Below, piece by piece: positions 1 to 4,617 of a stretch of 27,735 nt of DNA (its first letter is position 1; every line of letters starts with the position of its first letter). Below the pieces are notes generated by a model. It had not been told where the DNA came from, did not search any database, and was given only the letters and a program-made list of their open reading frames with translations. The stretch covers positions 1 through 27,735 of the IMG/VR virus record IMGVR_UViG_3300044513_003361; one strand, 5' to 3'. The DNA is from a virus. Lineage: Duplodnaviria > Caudoviricetes. The position numbers and the translations under genes were made by a program.

Positions 1-3
1 CCC

Positions 4-9
4 TATAAT
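4..9 (+). promoter_or_regulatory. sigma70-type -10 box (early promoter; upstream part lies outside the window)
   Basis: CCC-TATAAT-ACTGTC-ATG, the same context as the early promoters at 1184 and 2596. Confidence 0.65.
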
Positions 10-56
10 ACTGTCATGGGGTTGAGAGGCACTCCTGCCGCTTTTCTCAAAACCTC

Positions 57-147
57 AAAAATCCAAAAAACTCACTTTTTCGGTTTTTTGTAAAACTGAG
101 AATTTTAAAAAAGTTAAATTTTAAGTTTTTTTGGATTTTTTAACTTT
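57..147. repeat. A/T-tract region with nested inverted repeats
   Basis: AAAAATCCAAAAAA (57-70) is the exact reverse complement of TTTTTTGGATTTTT (127-140); inner imperfect IR CTCAcTTTT/AAAAcTGAG (71-100); AAAGTTAAA (110-118) pairs with TTTAACTTT (139-147). Confidence 0.7.
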
Positions 148-169
148 AAACCCGCACATTAACTTACAA

Positions 170-415
170 ATGACTAAAAAGTATGACAATTTGATCTCTA
201 CAGCTGTAGATAGTATCGAAATTGTTGATAATCAAGTCAAAATCGTCTATAATAGTAATAAAGACAAAGAATATACGTTTGATTGTAATAATATTGATCA
301 ATTCGAAGAGGATTTGTGTAAAGAATTGATCAGTATTGAACTAAAGACTGGTGGCAGTGTAGGTAAATTCCTACACTATCAGATCAAAGAATCTGTACTG
401 ATTGAATCTAAATAA
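170..415 (+). CDS. small early protein, KTSC-like domain
   Basis: ATG at 170 preferred over TTG at 131; STAVDSIEI..VKIVY..KEYTF...SVGKFLH.QIK resembles the KTSC pattern (SS.I..v.Y....L.V.F..G..Y.Y...S.G.yfn..Ik). Confidence 0.65.
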   Translation: MTKKYDNLISTAVDSIEIVDNQVKIVYNSNKDKEYTFDCNNIDQFEEDLCKELISIELKTGGSVGKFLHYQIKESVLIESK

Positions 416-450
416 TCACACACAGTTTGAGTTACTAATCACCCAAAACA

Positions 451-612
451 ATGAGCAAGAATTTTAATCGTAATGATCGCTACGATAAGTATAGCGAACT
501 CAATGACGATTTTGAGGACTACGGTTACGACGTAAAAAACATTCGTAGGCAATCCAAAAAGAAAGTTACCAAATTCAAAGACCGTTCAGAGTATTTTGAG
601 GACAGTTTCTGA
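451..612 (+). CDS. hypothetical early protein, 53 aa (not in ORF track)
   Basis: MSKNFNRNDRYDKYSELNDDFEDYGYDVKNIRRQSKKKVTKFKDRSEYFEDSF*; fills the gap between neighbours, has an A/C-rich leader, and its stop lies inside the palindromic motif. Confidence 0.75.
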   Translation: MSKNFNRNDRYDKYSELNDDFEDYGYDVKNIRRQSKKKVTKFKDRSEYFEDSF

Positions 613-655
613 AGTGTCCACTAATCTCCCCATTTGTCCCGTTTACGTGTATTGT
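598..655 (+). promoter_or_regulatory. early promoter module 1: palindrome plus -10
   Basis: GAGGACAGTT-TCTG-AAGTGTCCAC (598-621), then TATTGT at 650-655. Confidence 0.7.
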
Positions 656-681
656 ATACATGTTGACGGGATTTTTTCATT

Positions 682-843
682 TTGACTATCACTGAGCGCA
701 ACCAAAAGTTATACGAACTGCGCGAGCGTTTGCTTAAGGCACGAAACGAAGTTGCCTGGATTGAGCAAGAGATCTGGTTAACCAATGAAAAGTATAAGAA
801 CCAGGATCTTGATTTGTATAAAGAAATGTTCTGCACTAACTGA
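682..843 (+). CDS. hypothetical coiled-coil early protein, 53 aa, TTG start (not in ORF track)
   Basis: MTITERNQKLYELRERLLKARNEVAWIEQEIWLTNEKYKNQDLDLYKEMFCTN*; heptad-like amphipathic helix directly downstream of promoter module 1. Confidence 0.65.
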   Translation: MTITERNQKLYELRERLLKARNEVAWIEQEIWLTNEKYKNQDLDLYKEMFCTN

Positions 844-875
844 CACTAACTCATTCACCACTAACTGACACTAAC
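834..875 (+). repeat. 17-bp direct repeat CACTAACTGACACTAAC x2 (4 x CACTAAC)
   Basis: copies at 834-850 and 859-875, ending just before the ATG at 877. Confidence 0.9.
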
Positions 876-876
876 C

Positions 877-1134
877 ATGCAATTCCAAGTTACACAAATT
901 GAGTTCGATTTTGAGGATACGTTGTATCCTATGAGTGAGGAAGAATGTGCCGAGTTTTATGATGACTACATCGGCACATTTTGGGAGGCAGAGGATGGTG
1001 ATGATCTCGTAGAAGAGATTACATCTGCTGCAGGATATTGCGTCAAGACTATTGACTACCGTATCATCCTGGATGATATCGAAGCCCCAGAACATGAGAG
1101 CACATTTGAGATAGATTACACGACCCAGGCGTGA
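877..1134 (+). CDS. highly acidic hypothetical early protein
   Basis: 85 aa with about 25 D/E versus 2 K/R; stop TGA overlaps the next palindrome. Confidence 0.85.
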   Translation: MQFQVTQIEFDFEDTLYPMSEEECAEFYDDYIGTFWEAEDGDDLVEEITSAAGYCVKTIDYRIILDDIEAPEHESTFEIDYTTQA

Positions 1135-1189
1135 CAGTTGGCACACTGTCCACTAGTGACCCCAGATCGTCCGACCCCGTGCCTATAAT
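1131..1189 (+). promoter_or_regulatory. early promoter module 2
   Basis: GTGACAGTT-GGCA-CACTGTCCAC (1131-1153), TATAAT at 1184-1189, ATG 6 nt later (leaderless). Confidence 0.8.
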
Positions 1190-1195
1190 GTCATC

Positions 1196-1393
1196 ATGAT
1201 CAATCAAACCTTCACCGTTACCTGCCCTGCACTGGGCGAGACCGAAACCGTGTCCGACCTGGACCGTGCCATGGATATCTGCTTTGCTATGCATGACGAG
1301 TCCGACTCCTATGCCTACATCCGAGACGCCTTCGGTGAGATCGTAGGCGAATACGGCGATGTCATGGAGGCAGTCGCTGACCAGTTGATCTAG
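1196..1393 (+). CDS. acidic hypothetical early protein (weak HicB-N-like pattern)
   Basis: 65-aa ORF directly after TATAAT; FTVTCPALGETETVSDLDRAM loosely resembles HicB y.v.vPdLpG..t.g.tleeAl. Confidence 0.8.
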   Translation: MINQTFTVTCPALGETETVSDLDRAMDICFAMHDESDSYAYIRDAFGEIVGEYGDVMEAVADQLI

Positions 1394-1435
1394 TGTCACA
1401 CAGGGGGTTGCAATTGCCCCCTGATCCTGTATTGT
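1378..1435 (+). promoter_or_regulatory. early promoter module 3
   Basis: TGACCAGTT-GATC-TAGTGTCAC (1378-1399), -35 TTGCAA at 1408-1413, 16-nt spacer, TATTGT at 1430-1435. Confidence 0.75.
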
Positions 1436-1500
1436 AGTTCATGTGGGGGGGAATGAGACCCGATCTCTCCTCCCACACCCCAAACCAATTCTTTTCTTTC

Positions 1501-1860
1501 ATGCGTAAGATCGAACGTCAAATGCTCAACGCCATTGCTAACAACAGCAACTGGCAATCTGCTAACACTCGTGTAGAGTTTGACGCTGACACTAACGAGA
1601 GCAAAGTGTATCTGCACGGCAACCACATTGCAGATGTAGGTGAGAACTACATTCGCATCTATGATGGTGGTTGGCAGTCTAACACCACCAAGTCTCGTCT
1701 GAATGCTATTTTCAGCGAGTGTGGTATTGCTGGCGAAGGTGTATTCCAAAAGAACTATCAGTGGTTCGTTCGCCTCTACAATGGCACTGAATTCTTCGTC
1801 ACTGAGTTTCGTAATGGTATGAAGATGGGCGCTCTGTCTCATCAACTGTTGCTCTCCTGA
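1501..1860 (+). CDS. conserved hypothetical cyanophage early protein
   Basis: MRKIERQMLNAIANNSNWQSANTRV...YLHGNHIA...GGWQSNTTKSRLNA looks like a common phage early-gene family; start 1501 preferred (1441 possible). Confidence 0.8.
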   Translation: MRKIERQMLNAIANNSNWQSANTRVEFDADTNESKVYLHGNHIADVGENYIRIYDGGWQSNTTKSRLNAIFSECGIAGEGVFQKNYQWFVRLYNGTEFFVTEFRNGMKMGALSHQLLLS

Positions 1861-1923
1861 GGTATGATGGATCCCTGCACTATTGCCCTCCAAACTGACA
1901 AACAACTCCTCACCATTCATAAC

Positions 1924-2127
1924 ATGAACGACTTTGAACTTTTCGAACTCAAAGAAAACTATGTCAACCACATTATCGATGGCATGGATATGGACTCTCT
2001 GGTGCAATTGGCGCATGATTTGTTAATGGATGAGTATGAAAAGATGAGTGAGGATGAGATGATTGAAGAGATCAAAGATCTGTATGATGAGGATACTTTG
2101 ATCGACTTAATCCCTGACGCTAAGTAA
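1924..2127 (+). CDS. highly acidic helical hypothetical protein
   Basis: 67 aa from ATG 1924 after a C/A-rich leader; about 22 D/E versus 4 K. Confidence 0.8.
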   Translation: MNDFELFELKENYVNHIIDGMDMDSLVQLAHDLLMDEYEKMSEDEMIEEIKDLYDEDTLIDLIPDAK

Positions 2128-2133
2128 CACTCG

Positions 2134-2183
2134 GCCGCGGCAATCTGTCATTCTCAATAGACTTTCTTATTGAGAATCGCGGC
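2134..2183. repeat. intergenic inverted repeat / stem-loop
   Basis: ATTCTCAATA (2150-2159)-N8-TATTGAGAAT (2168-2177) is a perfect 10-bp IR, enclosed by GCCGCG (2134-2139)/CGCGGC (2178-2183). Confidence 0.85.
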
Positions 2184-2260
2184 TCGAACTAGTACAACCA
2201 CACTACCACGTCATGGCGTCTGCAACTCTGCCCCATCATCCCCGATACTGCCACCAGGGG

Positions 2261-2318
2261 GTGACAGTCTGGGAACTGGCACTCAAATGGTTGTGGGGTC
2301 GCCTCTAGGGTCTACAAT
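2261..2318 (+). promoter_or_regulatory. early promoter module 4
   Basis: GTGACAGTC-TGGG-AACTGGCAC (2261-2282), TTGTGG at 2291-2296, 16-nt spacer, TACAAT at 2313-2318. Confidence 0.8.
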
Positions 2319-2340
2319 ACAGGGAACAAAGCAAAGCAAC

Positions 2341-2556
2341 ATGACCAACGCCATCGCAGTTCAACCCAGCGCCTGGGGCAAGTTCGATCCTAACGGGTGC
2401 GACTGGGCGACCGACATGAACCACGCTTTCAGGATCGGCAAACTGTGGGGAGAGGAATGCATGATCTGGATGTGCCCTCCCTCTGGTGAACCGATCCGCT
2501 GGTGTCGCACTGATACCAACACCAACGCCATCGCTGATCTGGTGTTCGGTTGCTAA
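2341..2556 (+). CDS. hypothetical early protein, Trp/Cys-rich, 71 aa
   Basis: ATG 2341 follows promoter module 4 and an A/C-rich leader; the 2170 start in the ORF track would run through the promoter. Confidence 0.75.
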   Translation: MTNAIAVQPSAWGKFDPNGCDWATDMNHAFRIGKLWGEECMIWMCPPSGEPIRWCRTDTNTNAIADLVFGC

Positions 2557-2601
2557 GGTGTCCACCATCGCCCTGGAATCGTGCCACCCTGTGCCTATAA
2601 T
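2542..2601 (+). promoter_or_regulatory. early promoter module 5
   Basis: GTGTTCGGTT-GCTA-AGGTGTCCAC (2542-2565), TATAAT at 2596-2601, ATG 6 nt later. Confidence 0.75.
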
Positions 2602-2607
2602 GGTTTC

Positions 2608-2766
2608 ATGAACAACGATCAACGCATACGCGCCAACCTCGCTGCCTTCGGTGAGAACTATACACCCCCTCGGAACTGGTGCCAGTCTGAGTTCTTCGGT
2701 AAGGGTTGCTGCCTGACACCTAAGCAGGTTGAGAAGCGCCGCCGTCGTGCCATGTGGCAATCCTGA
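2608..2766 (+). CDS. hypothetical early protein, 52 aa, Arg-rich C-terminus
   Basis: leaderless ATG 2608; MNNDQRIRANLAAFGENYTPPRNWCQSEFFGKGCCLTPKQVEKRRRRAMWQS. Confidence 0.7.
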   Translation: MNNDQRIRANLAAFGENYTPPRNWCQSEFFGKGCCLTPKQVEKRRRRAMWQS

Positions 2767-2810
2767 GACTGTCCACCAATCCCCCACAGCACCCCCTGAG
2801 ACCCTATACT
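2754..2810 (+). promoter_or_regulatory. early promoter module 6
   Basis: GTGGCAATC-CTGA-GACTGTCCAC (2754-2776), TATACT at 2805-2810, ATG 6 nt later. Confidence 0.75.
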
Positions 2811-2816
2811 AAGGAC

Positions 2817-2987
2817 ATGAACAAAACACCTGACCTCGCCGCCATCATGGCATCCTACACTCAACAGCACAATGCGATGATGGCACGATCTGCCGCCAAT
2901 CGCAAGGCGTTTGCTGAGGGTCGCCCTTTCCCCTTCCCTGCCCCTGAGGTCCAATCCAGCAACTGGAACATCAGCGACCGCGACTGA
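2817..2987 (+). CDS. hypothetical early protein, 56 aa
   Basis: leaderless ATG 2817; MNKTPDLAAIMASYTQQHNAMMARSAANRKAFAEGRPFPFPAPEVQSSNWNISDRD. Confidence 0.75.
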   Translation: MNKTPDLAAIMASYTQQHNAMMARSAANRKAFAEGRPFPFPAPEVQSSNWNISDRD

Positions 2988-3006
2988 GCGGCAGACCGAC
3001 TAGGAT
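2948..3006 (+). promoter_or_regulatory. early promoter module 7 (degenerate, inside upstream CDS)
   Basis: GGTCCAATC-CAGC-AACTGGAAC (2948-2969), TAGGAT at 3001-3006 at the conserved distance. Confidence 0.55.
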
Positions 3007-3027
3007 ACACACAACACACAAGAGACC

Positions 3028-3249
3028 ATGATTCTGGACACCTTTGACGAGTCTACCGCTGTTGACCTGCTGGTGCTGCCCCTGTGGCATCGCAACGTAG
3101 AGATCGACTGGCGCTCGGGTTCTACCTCTACTGTCCCTGTGCGTCGTCGTGATCAGGTGCGCCTCCTTGCCTGCCGCCTGCTATGCGATAACCTCTCCTA
3201 TGGACGATTCGCAAACTGGGCTATGGGTGACCTGAACCCCGCCCTTTGA
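3028..3249 (+). CDS. small early protein, divergent KTSC-like
   Basis: STAVDLLVL...RNVEIDWRSGSTSTVPV...SYGRFANW parallels ORF 170-415 and the KTSC pattern. Confidence 0.7.
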   Translation: MILDTFDESTAVDLLVLPLWHRNVEIDWRSGSTSTVPVRRRDQVRLLACRLLCDNLSYGRFANWAMGDLNPAL

Positions 3250-3258
3250 TCCTATACT
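3201..3258 (+). promoter_or_regulatory. early promoter module 8 (degenerate)
   Basis: TGGACGATT-CGCA-AACTGGGCT (3201-3222), TATACT at 3253-3258. Confidence 0.6.
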
Positions 3259-3285
3259 AACCACATCAACACAACACACAACGAC

Positions 3286-3558
3286 ATGACCGCTTCCACC
3301 CTCAGCACCTACAACGGTTGGGCAACTTACGAGACCTGGAACGCTGCCCTGTGGATTGGTAACGATGAGTTCCTGTACAACACCGCTAAGGCATGTGTGG
3401 AGTTCTGCTCTGATGATGAGACCCCCTGGGATAAGTTCGTGCGCTGCATGACTGACGGGCAGATCGGTCGTCACCTCGTCAAGACTGGCGACGGCGTGGC
3501 ATGGGACAGCGTGGCGATCGACGCTGATGAGATGAACGAGATGATGGCAGACCTCTGA
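3286..3558 (+). CDS. conserved phage early protein of the YNGWxxYETW family
   Basis: TYNGWATYETWNAALWIGNDEFLY...T.DGVAW signature common in phage early regions. Confidence 0.85.
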   Translation: MTASTLSTYNGWATYETWNAALWIGNDEFLYNTAKACVEFCSDDETPWDKFVRCMTDGQIGRHLVKTGDGVAWDSVAIDADEMNEMMADL

Positions 3559-3588
3559 GGGGTCGCCCCCATTCTCTACACTAACACC

Positions 3589-3765
3589 ATGACAGACAAA
3601 CAACTCAAACGCCTTGCACTTGCACACGGTTGGATTAAAGAACGCAATGGGAGTAAGCATGAGAAATGGGTACACAAATCAGGTAATGTGATGACTATTC
3701 CATACAGACCTAAAGAACACACAGCACGACACATTGCGAGGCGATTAGTTACACTTAGCGCCTGA
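3589..3765 (+). CDS. hicA: HicA-family toxin-like protein, 58 aa (not in ORF track)
   Basis: MTDKQLKRLALAHGWIKERNGSKHEKWVHKSGNVMTIPYRPKEHTARHIARRLVTLSA: L...GW...R.GS(K)H..W.H..G..TIP is the HicA/YcfA dsRBD-fold RNase pattern. Confidence 0.7.
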   Translation: MTDKQLKRLALAHGWIKERNGSKHEKWVHKSGNVMTIPYRPKEHTARHIARRLVTLSA

Positions 3766-3781
3766 CAGTAAGGTATACCCA

Positions 3782-3810
3782 GGGGGCAGTGATTTGCCCC
3801 CCTTATTTGT
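3782..3810 (+). terminator. probable intrinsic terminator ending the early array
   Basis: GGGGGCA-GTGATT-TGCCCCC 7-bp stem followed by CTTATTTGT. Confidence 0.6.
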
Positions 3811-3890
3811 TACTTAGGATCGCCAAGCGGGTTGGGACTCCTACCCCTTCCCTAGGCTACAAACGTTTCCCAGAGGCATAGATATTTTCG

Positions 3891-3899
3891 TGTTATAAT
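3891..3899 (+). promoter_or_regulatory. extended -10 promoter for the HNH gene
   Basis: TGtTATAAT, 24 nt upstream of ATG 3924. Confidence 0.65.
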
Positions 3900-3923
3900 A
3901 TTTGAAAAATAAAAAAATCCGCC

Positions 3924-4292
3924 ATGAAAAAATTTCCCACAAAGTTCCCCCGCTACTATGTCTCTGAGGACGGCAAAGCATGGAGAGAGAAGCAAGATGG
4001 TACGATTGTCGAAGTAGGCCAACACAAGCGTGGAGGGTCTAACAGGGGTGCCACCTCAAAGTATATGGCAATCAATGTATCACTATACGATGACAACGGA
4101 AAGTTTCAGAAACAGATTCGATATTATGTTCACAGGTTAATTGCAGAAACACTTATTGAGAACCCGCAGGGATTGCCCGAGGTAGACCACAAGAATGGAA
4201 AGCATACCGATAATGTTGTAAGCAATCTGAGGTGGTGTACAGGAGAGCAGAACAAGAAGTGGAAGGCAGAACGTGCGAGAGCAAATAAATAA
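3924..4292 (+). CDS. free-standing HNH homing endonuclease (NUMOD4/HNH_3 type)
   Basis: PRYYVSEDG (NUMOD4-like) and VHRLIAETLIENPQGLPEVDHKNGKHTDNVVSNLRWCT..QN (HNH_3). Confidence 0.92.
   Translation: MKKFPTKFPRYYVSEDGKAWREKQDGTIVEVGQHKRGGSNRGATSKYMAINVSLYDDNGKFQKQIRYYVHRLIAETLIENPQGLPEVDHKNGKHTDNVVSNLRWCTGEQNKKWKAERARANK
4284..4291 (+). promoter_or_regulatory. T4-type late promoter
   Basis: AATAAATA overlapping the HNH stop codon, upstream of the late gene block. Confidence 0.6.
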
Positions 4293-4350
4293 TTCTGAAA
4301 ATGGTTTTTTAAAACCCTGAAAACGAAAAAAATTTTCGCCAGAAAAAATC

Positions 4351-4617
4351 ATGGAAAAACCTGATGTAAATATGTACCAACAAATTTTAGATAACTTCGA
4401 CGCATTTTGTGATGGATTTGAACAACAAGCAGCAGAACGATTCCTCAGAGGAAATGACGAGTCCCCAATCCTCTCAAGATATGCCGATAAGCACAGAGGA
4501 GCTACTCCTCGTGCTGTCACAGAGGTTAGTGAACCTGGAACAGAGGGTCTCCCAGCTAGAGAATCCACAATTGATGTACAAGCGTCCGACAGCGACGGAG
4601 TACGAGAAGATCTCTGA
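4351..4617 (+). CDS. hypothetical protein (3' half overlaps the next gene)
   Basis: 88-aa ORF starting right after the A-tract spacer; ILDNFDAFCDGFEQQAAERFLRG looks like a structured amphipathic helix. Confidence 0.55.
   Translation: MEKPDVNMYQQILDNFDAFCDGFEQQAAERFLRGNDESPILSRYADKHRGATPRAVTEVSEPGTEGLPARESTIDVQASDSDGVREDL

Noticed and set aside
16-93. 25-aa leaderless ORF after the first TATAAT
   Set aside because: Low-complexity translation of A/T tracts; more likely a UTR, though a leader peptide cannot be excluded
1131-1153. NtcA (GTA-N8-TAC) or CRP (TGTGA-N6-TCACA) box
   Set aside because: Half-site sequence, spacing and position (about -54 rather than -41.5) do not match
1863-1868. Ninth early promoter module at TATGAT
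   Set aside because: No convincing palindrome 38-40 nt upstream; the gene at 1924 is probably co-transcribed with its upstream neighbour
2170-2340. N-terminal extensions in the ORF track (starts 131, 1864, 2170, 2581, 2754)
   Set aside because: They run through promoters, palindromes or leader sequences; downstream ATGs fit the promoter geometry
598-3258. CRISPR array or integron attC sites suggested by the recurring palindromes
   Set aside because: Repeats are degenerate, separated by whole genes of variable length and fixed relative to -10 boxes; no cas or integrase gene is present and there are no GTTRRRY/RYYYAAC ends
3766-4350. Group I intron hosting the HNH gene
   Set aside because: No interrupted host gene and no recognisable P7 core; the HNH gene has its own promoter
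621-4568. Minus-strand ORFs in the early region (e.g. 1396-2016, 2305-2787, 3181-3675, 4137-4568)
   Set aside because: They shadow better-supported plus-strand genes, cross promoter modules and show no recognisable motifs
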